Below are positions 11,683-21,942 of a stretch of 64,000 nt of DNA, one piece after another. Position 1 is the first letter of the stretch, and every line of letters starts with the position of its first letter. The notes beneath the pieces were generated by a model. It did no database searches. It was given only the letters and a program-made list of their open reading frames with translations, and was not told the origin of the DNA. Where the stretch lies: assembly GCA_963805855.1 (NCBI GenBank), contig CAWDVW010000007.1, positions 527,972-591,971 of the forward strand, read 5' to 3'. The stretch is from Candidatus Dadabacteria bacterium (GTDB taxonomy: Bacteria; Desulfobacterota_D; UBA1144; Nemesobacterales; CSP1-2). Position numbers and translations under genes: made by a program.

Positions 11683-11852
11683 AACTTTTATACTCTACTC
11701 TTTAACCCATCTGCTTAATTTGCTTAAATTTTTTATAAGATACCAACTAAACTAATACTATTCAAAAAGCTTTAATATAAACCAACCGTAATCGATCCGT
11801 ATAATTTAGCTCAAAATCACGAAATTCATGATATCGAGACATCTTTACCTAA

Positions 11853-13151
11853 TCAGCTTTCCTCAGGCTCGGCCGATGGATGTTCAGGAACAGACAACTT
11901 GTCGAGTTTATCCTTGAGAGCGATTCTAGCTGCAGTCTGAATTTTCTGGGCCTCCTCGTCGGTCTTTAAACCTGCCACTTTGACCAACGTATCGCGGTCC
12001 GAGAATGCAATATCTTCTAAAGTGTGAAATCCCTCGCTATACAAAAGATTGGCAGTTACCTCTCCAACGTTCGGCAATGTCATAAGGAGTGAAACTACCT
12101 CTTGTTGTTCTTTTTTAACCTGCGATTCGGTCTTTATATCTATCTTCCACTGTGTAAGTTGCGAAGCAAGTCTGACATTCTGACCCCTTCTACCTATCGC
12201 CAATGAAAGCTGGTCATCATCCACTATTACTTCCATAGATTTATCGCTTTCGTCAATTATGACCTTACTCACAATTGCCGGGGAAAGAGAATTACATACA
12301 AACTTGGCGGGATCCGTTGCCCAGGGCACTATATCAATCTTTTCTCCCCTTAATTCTTGAATGATATTCTGCACCCTTGACCCTCTCATGCCAACACATG
12401 CTCCGACAGCATCCACATCAGAATCATTCGAATAAACTGCTATCTTTGTACGGCCCCCTGGATCTCTTGAAATCGACTTTATTCCGACAATACCCTCACT
12501 TATTTCAGGAACCTCAGCCTCAAAAAGCCTGCTGACAAAGCTTGGATGTGCACGGGAAAGTATAAGTTGTGGGCCACGCTTTGTTTCTTTTATGTCATAG
12601 AGAATCGCCCTTATTCTTTCCTTTGGCTTATAGTATTCTTTTGCAACCTGATGCTCGTATGGAAGAATGGTTTCGGTCCTCCCGAGGTCTACGATTACGT
12701 TTTTCCTCTCAATCCTTCTAACTATTCCACTAACGAGTTCGCCTTTTCTGTTAATAAATTCTTCATATATAACCTTTCCTTCTGCTTCCTTTAACTTCTG
12801 CAATATCTTTTGCTTCGCATTCTGAATTGCAATTCTGGTAAACTCCGGATTTATTTTTACTCCTATCAAGTCTCCGACTTCTGACTCTGGATCAAGTGCC
12901 CTTGCTTCTTCGACACTAATTTCAAGTTCGGGGTCTTCGACTTCTCTTACTACGGTTTTAAATTCAAATAACTCGACCTCTCCTTCCTCATCGTTGAAAT
13001 GCACTTCAAGCTCTTTCTCTTTGCCTTCTGTGCGAAATAGCCTCTGTGCCGCCGAGAGCACCGCTTCTTCGACTGCTCTCACTATTTCATCCCTCTCGAT
13101 CCCTTTATCCTTTCCAACCGATTCCATAACTCTGCTTAGTTCCGTAGCCAT
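11853..13151 (-). CDS. nusA: Transcription termination/antitermination factor NusA
   Basis: 432 aa with the NusA N-terminal domain, S1, two KH domains (GACVGMRGSRVQ, AIGRRGQNVRLASQL) and a C-terminal HhH region. Confidence 0.97.
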   Translation of the reverse strand: MATELSRVMESVGKDKGIERDEIVRAVEEAVLSAAQRLFRTEGKEKELEVHFNDEEGEVELFEFKTVVREVEDPELEISVEEARALDPESEVGDLIGVKINPEFTRIAIQNAKQKILQKLKEAEGKVIYEEFINRKGELVSGIVRRIERKNVIVDLGRTETILPYEHQVAKEYYKPKERIRAILYDIKETKRGPQLILSRAHPSFVSRLFEAEVPEISEGIVGIKSISRDPGGRTKIAVYSNDSDVDAVGACVGMRGSRVQNIIQELRGEKIDIVPWATDPAKFVCNSLSPAIVSKVIIDESDKSMEVIVDDDQLSLAIGRRGQNVRLASQLTQWKIDIKTESQVKKEQQEVVSLLMTLPNVGEVTANLLYSEGFHTLEDIAFSDRDTLVKVAGLKTDEEAQKIQTAARIALKDKLDKLSVPEHPSAEPEES

Positions 13152-13162
13152 ATGTTATCCCC

Positions 13163-13642
13163 CTAAAGCTCTAATTCTAAATTGGCTTTCTCGATATCAT
13201 AAAATGGAATATCATAAACTTCACCCTCTACCTGAATCGATGCAACATCATCATGAAAATCGATTAAATGGCCAATAAATACCCTTCTTTGATATAGATT
13301 TTCTTTAGTTTTAATTTTTACCTTCTTCCCTTTAAATCGTTTAAAGTCCTTTGAATCCTTAAGCACTCGATTCAAGCCGGGTGAAGATACCTCGAGGGTG
13401 TATGAATACGGTATTACATCATGCAAGTCTAAGAGAAAACCAAACTCACGACTAATATCAGCGCAATCTTCAACTGTTATACCATTTTCCTTATCTATGA
13501 AAATTCTGAGTACGCTCCCCCGACCACCGCCCGCATATTCTATATCGACTAGTTCGAGCCCTTTTTCCTGCAATATCGGGTCTAACAAATTCTTAATTGT
13601 TTCAATTAGATCTGGTTTCTCAAAACGCATGCGCGCACTCAC
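13163..13642 (-). CDS. rimP: Ribosome maturation factor RimP
   Basis: 159 aa. LVDIEY...LRIFIDKENGITVEDCADISR...LEVSSPGLNR. The start is uncertain (GTG 13642 or ATG 13630). Confidence 0.9.
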   Translation of the reverse strand: MSARMRFEKPDLIETIKNLLDPILQEKGLELVDIEYAGGGRGSVLRIFIDKENGITVEDCADISREFGFLLDLHDVIPYSYTLEVSSPGLNRVLKDSKDFKRFKGKKVKIKTKENLYQRRVFIGHLIDFHDDVASIQVEGEVYDIPFYDIEKANLELEL

Positions 13643-13931
13643 ATTTATCTTTTTTAATTCAAATAAAAATGCGGGTAATATACCCGCATCGTTTTAAAAA
13701 GTTACCTAATTTCGATTAATTGAGCAAATCGAATAGTTATATAAAGGATATAAATATTCTAAACTTTCATTAGACTTAAGTCGCATTCCTCTATAGTCAT
13801 ACAATTAAATGGTGGCGTCGGTTTGGTAAACCAAGTAAACAAAAAAGAGGGCTGAAAGTTGATCTCTCTATTCTAAAAATTGAATTTCCATCTTAAAATT
13901 GTTATATGTAATGCTTTAAGGGTTGACTAAA

Positions 13932-14426
13932 ATGGACCTCATAAGAAGAATGATTGGTGCTTCAAAACTTGATATAAACCTGTACGATGAGGTTGAGACC
14001 AACCCGGATCTTACAAAAGAAGCCTTCCTAGCTGTACTACTTGTTTCAATTTGCAATGGGATAGGAATGATAGGTATATCGGGCTCAATTGGCATAATAA
14101 CTGGCCTGGTATCTTCAATTATAGCCTGGGTCTTATGGAGTGTTATAATTTACGTTATTGGAGTCAGGGGGTTTGGGCATTCCTCAGATCTGGGAGAACT
14201 CCTCAGATGTCTAGGCTTTGCTTATTCACCCGGTATTTTAAACATTTTCATGCTGTTGCCATTTATTGGACATTTCGTTCCCTATATTACGTCGATTTGG
14301 GTATTTCTAACCTTCATAGTGGCTATAAGGCAAGCACTCGACTGTGAGACATCCAGAGCAATCCTTATTTCAGTACTGGGATTTCTAGCGTATGTAATCA
14401 TTCGCTTCTTAATATTTTTCATTTGA
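13932..14426 (+). CDS. Yip1-family integral membrane protein
   Basis: The N-terminus MDLIRRMIGASKLDINLYDEVE... followed by 5 TM helices fits the Yip1 domain architecture. ATG 13932 is preferred over TTG 13923. Confidence 0.6.
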   Translation: MDLIRRMIGASKLDINLYDEVETNPDLTKEAFLAVLLVSICNGIGMIGISGSIGIITGLVSSIIAWVLWSVIIYVIGVRGFGHSSDLGELLRCLGFAYSPGILNIFMLLPFIGHFVPYITSIWVFLTFIVAIRQALDCETSRAILISVLGFLAYVIIRFLIFFI

Positions 14427-14589
14427 TCATTCGAATTAGAAAAGCTGAATCGGCACCACGCCTCTATCTTTCGAATCACCCGAATCCACTCAAAAATCCT
14501 ACCGGTAACAAGATCGCGCACATTATGAATATGTGCACGACAAATCAACAACAGGAGCCTGTCTCTGGGGTCAGGCGTGAATAAATGAG

Positions 14590-14832
14590 TTATTTTTGTT
14601 TTTGATCTTCTTGTCTACTGTTTGTTGAAGGGTCTTTGCTGCTTGCCTCATCATGAACTTCATTCTTCTTGTCTTGTTTGCTTTCGTTTAAGAAGATCAA
14701 TTCTTTGAGAGATAGCTGGGGATCGCCACAGTGGAGGCTATACTGAGCACTTCGATCATACTCAGTGCAGGCTAGCCAAAGTACGATGACGAGAAAGACT
14801 ACGAAATTAAAGGGTTGCTCCCTTTTTTCCAT
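14590..14832 (-). CDS. Small predicted lipoprotein, function unknown
   Basis: 80 aa. The signal peptide ends in a lipobox, VLWLA-C. The mature part is polar and low-complexity. Its signal-peptide coding segment is repeated at 15788-15877. Confidence 0.4.
   Translation of the reverse strand: MEKREQPFNFVVFLVIVLWLACTEYDRSAQYSLHCGDPQLSLKELIFLNESKQDKKNEVHDEASSKDPSTNSRQEDQKQK
14709..14798. repeat. Copy A of a diverged ~90-nt direct repeat flanking bfr
   Basis: My hand alignment with 15788-15877 gives roughly three quarters identity (gatcgcc...ctata...cactt...actcagt.cagg...aagtac.at.ac.agaaaga). Confidence 0.7.
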
Positions 14833-14970
14833 TCTTTCAGGTGAAATAACTCTTTTCGGTGCGAAAAGAGCAGTGCTTGCGCCTTATTGTCTCACGAACT
14901 TGATCCTCGATAAAGTCGTCGGGGAGAAGTTTCTCGAGGCGTAGTCGCATAATTTTTTCTCTTACCCCTT

Positions 14971-15000
14971 TTGACTTTGGCATTGGTCTCATGCTATGTT
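14971..15000 (+). promoter_or_regulatory. Possible sigma-70 promoter for bfr
   Basis: TTGACT (14971-14976), an 18-nt spacer, then TATGTT (14995-15000), about 35 nt before the bfr ATG. Confidence 0.3.
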
Positions 15001-15035
15001 TGATAGATACTCCAACTTATAAAGGAAGGAAAAAA

Positions 15036-15515
15036 ATGAAAGGCAACAAAAAGTTACTGGCAGTGCTCAACCAACTCCTCGCGGATGAGCTCACTGCCAT
15101 CAATCAATACATGGTGCACTCAGAGATGTGCGACAATTGGGGCTACGATAAGCTCCACAAGGCCATTGAGGCACAAGCAAGGGACGAGATGCACCACGCT
15201 GAGTGGCTTATCCAGCGTATCCTCTTTCTAGAGGGCACGCCGATTGTCTCAAAGCTGAATCCGATCAAAATCGGCACAACTGTCCTTGAAATCATTACGG
15301 GCGACCAGAACGCTGAACTTTCAGCCGTGCATGCTTACAATGATGCCATAGCCCTGGCGCACGAAGTGGGGGACCAGGCTAGTGTTGACCTGTTGACCCG
15401 CATTCTCAAGATGGAAGAGGATCATGTGGATTGGGCAGAAATGCAACGTGAGCAAATCGGGCAGATGGGTCTCGAGAATTACCTCACCAATCAAACAAGG
15501 GGCGCTACAGATTAA
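15036..15515 (+). CDS. bfr: Bacterioferritin
   Basis: MKGNKKLLAVLNQLLADELTAINQYMVHSEM...ARDEMHHAEWLIQRILFLEG...MEEDHVDW, with ferroxidase-centre Glu/His motifs. The ATG at 15036 has an AAGGAAGG RBS. Confidence 0.93.
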   Translation: MKGNKKLLAVLNQLLADELTAINQYMVHSEMCDNWGYDKLHKAIEAQARDEMHHAEWLIQRILFLEGTPIVSKLNPIKIGTTVLEIITGDQNAELSAVHAYNDAIALAHEVGDQASVDLLTRILKMEEDHVDWAEMQREQIGQMGLENYLTNQTRGATD

Positions 15516-15787
15516 CTTCTCTGCATGCATTGGAAAAGGACGATAGTTATCAGCGTACTTTAAACATCGCGGCCCAACACTGCATGCACCCGACACAGCT
15601 ACCGCAGCTACCGCCTCGTCCCAGCGAATGCTCATGTTATTCCGGGAAGTCTTGCCCGCGAAGAATCCCTGGGATCGATAATAAGAAATTAGAGCAATGA
15701 GAGAAGATAAAGTCAAACAGCCTTCTTTATGGAATTGAGATAGAAATAAGTGGTTATGGGATTATCGGTGGCAAACGGATCCGTCAA

Positions 15788-15877
15788 GAGATGGGCAGGA
15801 GATCGCCGCGGCGGAGTCTATACCGCACACTTCAATTGACTCAGTACAGGTAGGGCGAAGTACAATCACAAGAAAGA
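15788..15877. repeat. Copy B of the repeat flanking bfr; a degenerate lipoprotein-signal remnant
   Basis: The minus strand reads ...LLFLVIVLRPTCTESIEV..., homologous to VFLVIVLWLACTEYDRS of 14590..14832. No start codon lies upstream (an in-frame TGA precedes it). Confidence 0.65.
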
Positions 15878-15930
15878 GGAGATTGCTTCGCGCCGCTCGG
15901 AATGACAGAGGGTAGCTGAGTGAAAAAGGG

Positions 15931-17985
15931 CTATATAATATCGTTTTTCAGAATAAGGAGTAACCTCTCTAAAGTTTTAATCTTCTCATTGGCATTAAAT
16001 TTGCCAAACCTGAGCTCCAAATATTCCTCTGTCAAGGCTTCAAACGTATCGGATGCTGAATTTTCATCTGAGCTTACGGCTTTAGCAAATTCTCTTGGCG
16101 TCATCGAATCGTGTTTAGTAAACCCTTTTTTGGATAACATATAGAGCGCTTTTTTGTAAATTGAAGAGGCTCTTTTCTCAGTGTCGCTTTCTCGAAACCC
16201 GGGCAGTCTTGTGAATACGGGCGTTTTCAAGAATAACAAGGCGGTAAAAGCCAAAATGCCTAATGCTATTAACCATCTTTTATCAACTAAGTGTTCACTA
16301 AAACTCTTGTTTTGTAAGTTTCTCTTTTGCCAGACCCACTTGCTCCTCAGATGCCTGAAAAATTGATTTTGATCCTTTTGATCATAATCTATTACATACC
16401 TACTCCAACGGAATCTCAAGTAATCCAAGTATGAACTAAAGAAATAAAAGGCACCCCTTTCCGCATCCGGGTCCGCACTCTCTGGTGTTGGGTCGAAACT
16501 AACCCAACCATATGTCGGGAAGTAAACCTCTACCCAGGAGTGGGCATCGCTTTCTCTTATTAAAAAAAAGTCGCCGAGTGCGTTCCACTGACCATCAATG
16601 AATCCATTGACGACTCTTGAAGGGATACCCAGAACCCTAAGCATAACCGTCATGGATGTAGCAAAGTATTCACAATGTCCAGCCCTATTTTCGAAGAGAA
16701 AATCATCTAACGGGAATTCGCTGGTTCCCCTTTCTAGGGTTCTCGTATATTTTAAATTGTTTTGAAGATAATTTTTGATAGAAACCACCCTATCGTATGC
16801 ATTGGTTTTGTCTTTTGTCAACTGTTTTGCAAGATCTTGAATTTTTTTATTTAGAATTGGTAGTTGGAGATAAATATTCATTATTTCAGCAGGATATACC
16901 CCTTGGTCGGCTCTCAGGGCATAGGCCTCCGGGACTTGCAAATCTGAGTATGCTAAATATTTGAGCTTATACGATGTGTTGTTCGGAAGAATGTAGGAGT
17001 CATTTATCTCAGTGATCATACGTCCCTCCAGGCCCTGAAAGCCAACAGGAACATTAGCTGAAAATAGAATGTCCGTGTCTATCGGTTCAGTTAATATCTC
17101 CTGGGCTAATAACTCATTTCCCGAGCGCTTTACCATTGTTTCTCCATCGGATTTTTTTCTGATGGTTTGATAGTTGCGATTACTGGCTCTCCAATGAGTT
17201 CCATCAAATTGATCAAGCGCTATGCCTCTCCAATAAATAGGTCTTGGAACACGTTTGATCTCCTTGTTTAAAATCATTACCCGCATCACGGGTGAATTAT
17301 CGAACTTAATTTGTCCAACCTGCCCTAGTTTTACTTCATCTGAGAATCCGGTCCTCAATGATTCGGGTCTGATAAAATTACTCATAAAAAAACCTGTTCT
17401 AATTCTTGGGACAGAAATAAAGATCATTGCAGTAAATACTAAAACGCAAATTCCGATCAAAGCAGTGGTACTTAAAAATTTTCCAGTAACAAAGTTAGGA
17501 TCCTCCTTACTAGAAGTAACACGAGATTCTTTTGTGATATTAAGAATAACCATTGCGGAAAGAGATACTGCTACATACGCCACGAATGCAACTCCATAGC
17601 CAAAATTGATAGCAACTACAGACCCAGCAATGAATTGAAAGAAACTTAGTATGTAGATTTGTACAATGTCTCTTATTGCCTTCCTTGCGAGGAGTTTAAT
17701 GATCTGGGTATAGATTAAGAAAATTAAAATTGCCTTAAAGACTTCGACCCCTAGAACAAAGAAGCTCATTAGAACATAGACTACAAGCGATATAGCGAGG
17801 AATGTGGAGAGGCTTTCGTTGATATAGTATTGTCTACGACTCTTTGAATTTATGAAACTAAATGTTAACGCTGCTACAAAAACAATGGCGGATAGCTCGT
17901 CAACCGCCCCCGTAATCCATATGGAAAAAAATCCTAACAGAGCAATCAGATGCGTGAACAGAACCTGTGCCCGCGATAGGTTCAC
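15931..17985 (-). CDS. Transglutaminase-like membrane protein (TgpA-like: DUF3488 + transglutaminase core)
   Basis: 684 aa with N-terminal multi-TM helices. Cys-His-Asp core: GHCEYFATSM, SDAHSWVEVYF, FDPTP. GTG start overlaps the uvrB stop by 4 nt. Confidence 0.85.
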   Translation of the reverse strand: MNLSRAQVLFTHLIALLGFFSIWITGAVDELSAIVFVAALTFSFINSKSRRQYYINESLSTFLAISLVVYVLMSFFVLGVEVFKAILIFLIYTQIIKLLARKAIRDIVQIYILSFFQFIAGSVVAINFGYGVAFVAYVAVSLSAMVILNITKESRVTSSKEDPNFVTGKFLSTTALIGICVLVFTAMIFISVPRIRTGFFMSNFIRPESLRTGFSDEVKLGQVGQIKFDNSPVMRVMILNKEIKRVPRPIYWRGIALDQFDGTHWRASNRNYQTIRKKSDGETMVKRSGNELLAQEILTEPIDTDILFSANVPVGFQGLEGRMITEINDSYILPNNTSYKLKYLAYSDLQVPEAYALRADQGVYPAEIMNIYLQLPILNKKIQDLAKQLTKDKTNAYDRVVSIKNYLQNNLKYTRTLERGTSEFPLDDFLFENRAGHCEYFATSMTVMLRVLGIPSRVVNGFIDGQWNALGDFFLIRESDAHSWVEVYFPTYGWVSFDPTPESADPDAERGAFYFFSSYLDYLRFRWSRYVIDYDQKDQNQFFRHLRSKWVWQKRNLQNKSFSEHLVDKRWLIALGILAFTALLFLKTPVFTRLPGFRESDTEKRASSIYKKALYMLSKKGFTKHDSMTPREFAKAVSSDENSASDTFEALTEEYLELRFGKFNANEKIKTLERLLLILKNDII

Positions 17986-19997
17986 TTTATCTCTCCCAGG
18001 TACTTAATTTCCAGATCACGGAGTCTTTTTATCTTATCTCTGCTGCGGGCTGCATTCTCAAACTCGAGCTTATTCGCAGCAAGTTTCATTTCCTCCGTAA
18101 GTTTTTTAATAAGGCCCGGAATCTTTTCAGGAGTAACATCTAATATCTCACCCTCATCATGCTTAGGAACGGTGAAATAGTCTGCTTCGTATATGGAAGC
18201 GAGTATATCGCTTATACCCTTCTCGATACTCCTCGGTGTGATATGATTTGACTTGTTAAATGCCAATTGAATTTCTCTTCGTCGGCGGGTTTCATAAATT
18301 GCCCTCGACATCGAATTCGTAATCGTATCTGCGTACAATATGACCCTTCCCCGTATATTCCGGGCAGCTCGGCCGAAGATCTGTACAAGGGATGTTTCAG
18401 AACGCAGGTATCCTTCCTTGTCCGCATCTAATACGGCAACAAGTGACAGCTCAGGTATATCAAGCCCTTCGCGCAGAAGATTGATGCCTATTAGAACATC
18501 AAAAACCCCAACCCTTAGGTCTCTTATAATTCTAATCCTCTCCAGTGTTTCAATGTCGGAATGTATATACCTTACCCTTACACCGAGTCGTCTATAATAT
18601 TCGGCCAAATCCTCTGCCATGCGTTTGGTAAGAGTAGTTATAAGGACCCGATCAGACATTTCTATCGTCTTTTTTATTTCCTCTAGGAGATCGTCTACCT
18701 GGTTCTCTGCCGGTCGTATTTCGATCTCAGGATCAGCTAGTCCGGTGGGGCGTATGATCTGCGGAACAACCTCCGTGTCACAATTAGAAAGTTCATATGG
18801 CCCGGGAGTAGCCGAGACAAAAATCACCTGATTGATCTTATCCTCAAACTCAGAGAAGTTAAGCGGCCGGTTGTCGATAGCGGAGGGAAGCCTAAAGCCG
18901 TGCTCCACCAGAGTTAGCTTCCTGCTCCTGTCACCCTCATACATTCCCCTAAGCTGCGGGACTGTTTGATGACTTTCATCTATTATAAATAATGAACCCT
19001 TTGGAAAATAGTCCAACAGTGTCCAAGGAGGTTCGCCCGGTCTCCTCCCCGATAGGTGTCTTGAATAGTTTTCGATCCCCGGGCAGAAACCGATTGTAGA
19101 GAGAAGTTCGAGATCATAATTTGTTTTTTCCTCGATTCTTTTCTTTTCCAAGGTCATGCCCCGAGATTCAAAGTAGCCTATTCTCTCTATTAGCTCTTCC
19201 TTTATACCTTTTATTGCACGAATGACCTTCTCCGTCGGCGCAACGTAATGCGTGTTCGGATATATGATCGCTTTTTTTATTTTTCTTATCGTTCTCCTTG
19301 TTAATGGTTCAATCTCCTTTATTGATTCGACATAATTACCAAAAAATTCCACCCTTAACGCTATCGACTCCTCATGTGATGGAAAGAGCTCTACCGAATC
19401 GCCTCTGACAGTAAAACTACCTCGGTAAAACTCGTTTTTGCTCCTCTCATAATGGGCATCGGCAAGCTTCCTAAGAAATTCGTCCCTCTCGACATCCATT
19501 CCCTCCTCAATTATGGTAAGCATGCCGTAATAGTCCTCGGGAGAGCCTATACCATAAATACACGAAACGCTTGCAACTATAATTACGTCTCTTCTATCGA
19601 AGAGCGATGAGGTTGCCGCGTGTCTTAGTCTATCGATATGCTCATTTATAGATGCATCCTTCTCTATATATGTGTCGGTTTGGGGTATATAGGCTTCGGG
19701 CTGATAGTAATCATAGTAGCTGACAAAGTAATGCACCGCATTTTCTGGAAACAGCTCTTTGAGTTCTCCATACAATTGTGCGGCAAGTGTCTTATTATGT
19801 GCAATAATTAATGTTGGCTTGTCCAGATTAGCGATTACTTTCGCAATGGTAAATGTCTTACCACTTCCTGTGACTCCTAGCAGTACTTGATGCTTAAAAC
19901 CCTTAAGGACGCCTTTTGTAAGCTTATCTATGGCTGACGGCTGATCACCTTTAGGAGAGAATTCCGTCTTAATTTTAAAGAGATTTGACACAATCAC
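17982..19997 (-). CDS. uvrB: Excinuclease ABC subunit B
   Basis: 671 aa. GDQPSAI, GVTGSGKTFT, beta-hairpin YYDYYQPEAY, helicase motifs, and a C-terminal UVR domain (FENAARSRDKIKRL). Confidence 0.98.
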   Translation of the reverse strand: MIVSNLFKIKTEFSPKGDQPSAIDKLTKGVLKGFKHQVLLGVTGSGKTFTIAKVIANLDKPTLIIAHNKTLAAQLYGELKELFPENAVHYFVSYYDYYQPEAYIPQTDTYIEKDASINEHIDRLRHAATSSLFDRRDVIIVASVSCIYGIGSPEDYYGMLTIIEEGMDVERDEFLRKLADAHYERSKNEFYRGSFTVRGDSVELFPSHEESIALRVEFFGNYVESIKEIEPLTRRTIRKIKKAIIYPNTHYVAPTEKVIRAIKGIKEELIERIGYFESRGMTLEKKRIEEKTNYDLELLSTIGFCPGIENYSRHLSGRRPGEPPWTLLDYFPKGSLFIIDESHQTVPQLRGMYEGDRSRKLTLVEHGFRLPSAIDNRPLNFSEFEDKINQVIFVSATPGPYELSNCDTEVVPQIIRPTGLADPEIEIRPAENQVDDLLEEIKKTIEMSDRVLITTLTKRMAEDLAEYYRRLGVRVRYIHSDIETLERIRIIRDLRVGVFDVLIGINLLREGLDIPELSLVAVLDADKEGYLRSETSLVQIFGRAARNIRGRVILYADTITNSMSRAIYETRRRREIQLAFNKSNHITPRSIEKGISDILASIYEADYFTVPKHDEGEILDVTPEKIPGLIKKLTEEMKLAANKLEFENAARSRDKIKRLRDLEIKYLGEIK

Positions 19998-20134
19998 CCG
20001 ACCAAAATTCTAATTGAATTGTATAACTGTGTAAATAATACCCATCGACTTGTGCTAAGTCGGGCAAAGAAATAGCTAACGGCTATAGCCCTCAAGAATT
20101 ATACTCCGTTGAATGGTGAGAAGGTCGAAACGGC

Positions 20135-20554
20135 TTATTTATGTTTCTTCTTAAATTCAGTGAACCTGATTTTGTGTAGCTTTTCCCTTTGCTCCGGTGT
20201 CAGTACTTCTCTTATTTTTAACAACATATCTAGCCTGAGTCTTTTCAATTTTGTCTTTAAGTGCACCACCTCATCATTTAGTTCGAGAACTTCATCCCTG
20301 CTTGAATTTGGGTCTTCGATCTTCGATCGGAACTCTGATTGTTTCTGTTTTAGTTGTGAATTCAAGTCTGCTATTTGGCCTTTATTACTGTTGAATATTT
20401 GCTCTATGAGGTTGACTTGATCCTCTGTTAAATTAAGTTCCTTGACAACTCCGGCATCTTTCCACCACTTGGCACTCCCATAGCCACCATGACTGTAAGC
20501 GTTTAGTGAGTAAAACAATATTAAAGATAAAATAATGAAGTAAGTCTTTTTCAA
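20135..20554 (-). CDS. Periplasmic Spy/CpxP-family (LTXXQ) protein
   Basis: 139 aa with a signal peptide and LTXXQ motifs (LTEDQVNL, LTPEQREKL). Last gene of the ECF module. Confidence 0.7.
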   Translation of the reverse strand: MKKTYFIILSLILFYSLNAYSHGGYGSAKWWKDAGVVKELNLTEDQVNLIEQIFNSNKGQIADLNSQLKQKQSEFRSKIEDPNSSRDEVLELNDEVVHLKTKLKRLRLDMLLKIREVLTPEQREKLHKIRFTEFKKKHK

Positions 20555-20557
20555 TTC

Positions 20558-21049
20558 CTATCCTCCCTTGTTGTTATCATTGTCAACCTTCCAAAGCCCA
20601 TAGATCTCCAACATGTCCGCACTGTCGAAAGAGATTGTTCTGTCAACTTCGAATAGTAGCTTTTCGTCCTCTCTGTCCTTCTCCGTATACTTAACTACAC
20701 GATTTTCCGTGGTCACATATACAATTGCAACCACAAATATAATGAGGAATAGAAACACAACGGATATATACGACCAATTCGGCACCCGGTAGTTAAATAG
20801 ATTGAATAACGATGGCTTACGGCCTACTTCCCGATGACCCGATCTTTCCCAAAACTTTGTTATATAATCGTCTTTTGGTTCGATCCCTTCCCACTTATCC
20901 AATAACTTCCATTCCAGGTCTGCGAATGACAGAAATTCATTACATTCGTTGCACACGTCCAAATGAGCCTTCAACTCGTTCATCCGTGACTCGTCTAGGT
21001 CATCGATAGTGTAATCGAGTATCAAGCTCTTAAAATTCTCACAACTCAT
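20558..21049 (-). CDS. Anti-sigma factor (zf-HC2), single-pass membrane protein
   Basis: 163 aa. The H-x3-C-x2-C motif LKAHLDVCNEC, one TM helix, and overlap with the sigma gene. Confidence 0.75.
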   Translation of the reverse strand: MSCENFKSLILDYTIDDLDESRMNELKAHLDVCNECNEFLSFADLEWKLLDKWEGIEPKDDYITKFWERSGHREVGRKPSLFNLFNYRVPNWSYISVVFLFLIIFVVAIVYVTTENRVVKYTEKDREDEKLLFEVDRTISFDSADMLEIYGLWKVDNDNNKGG

Positions 21050-21623
21050 TTTCTCCCCTCTCTTCCAAAATTGGTTTTAATTTTTCGATCAGTTTCATTC
21101 TCCCTCTATGAATATAAGTCTTAACAGCACCCACGGTGCATTCTATTACACCGGCTACCTCATCATAGGACAACCCTTCGTATTTGCAAAGAATAATCGA
21201 AATCCTCTCTTTCTCAGGTATTGAATTTAACGCTTGAAAAATGCTATCCTTAATGTCCCTTCGGTTGATCAAATCATAACCACTCGGCGAATTCGAATCT
21301 CCGATATCTTGCCTATTCTCCTGAATTTCATCTAAACTCACTTTATTCATCCTGCCTCTTACTTTTATTTCAGTTAGGCACACATTCGTAGCAATCTTAT
21401 AGAGCCATGTGGAAAATTTAGCCTGCGGTTTGTATTCTTGCACCGATCGGTAAACCCTTAAAAAGACTTCTTGGGCTAAGTCTTCTGAATCATTTCTATC
21501 ATTAGTAAAACGATATATATAATTCATAATAGACTTGTAGTGTCTTTTCATTAATTCTGTGAAAGCACTGTCATCCCCTGATTTGACTCTCCTCATGAGC
21601 TCGATATCAGTTTCCATCTGCAT
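21039..21623 (-). CDS. ECF-type RNA polymerase sigma-70 family factor
   Basis: 194 aa. Region 2 is DLAQEVFLRVYRS and region 4 is LSYDEVAGVIECTVGAVKTYIHRGR. Confidence 0.9.
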   Translation of the reverse strand: MQMETDIELMRRVKSGDDSAFTELMKRHYKSIMNYIYRFTNDRNDSEDLAQEVFLRVYRSVQEYKPQAKFSTWLYKIATNVCLTEIKVRGRMNKVSLDEIQENRQDIGDSNSPSGYDLINRRDIKDSIFQALNSIPEKERISIILCKYEGLSYDEVAGVIECTVGAVKTYIHRGRMKLIEKLKPILEERGENEL

Positions 21624-21942
21624 GCAGATTAGATTTTATATTTTAGTAACTAAAAATCAAAGAAAATGTTACGGATCTATTAAACATGTTATTTAACTAG
21701 GTATAATAAGCACGGAACGAAAAATTTGCCAGATACCTACAAACATTCTTAGATTTCCTTAACCACCAATCGATTCGTTATCATGTGATTCACCAATTGA
21801 TAATTATTTTTGAGGCAATCAGTATGGCAAAAAAAGTAGATTAACAATGACAAACCCATTGTTTAGCATAGCTCAGAATTAGATTTAATTGAACTATTTC
21901 AGTGTCAAGGACTCATACAACCCACGTTCAACCGGAGAACAC

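Noticed and set aside
11683-11852. Expected ylxR (DUF448) gene between nusA and infB
   Set aside because: Only a 26-aa ORF is present, with no RTCxGCR-type motif. The gap is treated as plain intergenic DNA, and the absence of ylxR is unremarkable.
14282-14551. 89-aa minus-strand ORF overlapping the 3' end of the Yip1-family gene
   Set aside because: It has no RBS, overlaps a better-supported membrane protein gene, and its translation has no features.
14978-14995. TGGCAT...GC sequence upstream of bfr as an eighth sigma-54 site
   Set aside because: The GG to GC spacing is two nt too long (tggcattggtctcatgc). A sigma-70-like TTGACT-N18-TATGTT fits better.
15321-15716. 131-aa minus-strand ORF downstream of and overlapping bfr
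   Set aside because: It overlaps about 195 nt of the well-supported bfr gene and has no RBS or motifs. It is probably a by-product of the G+C-richer cassette.
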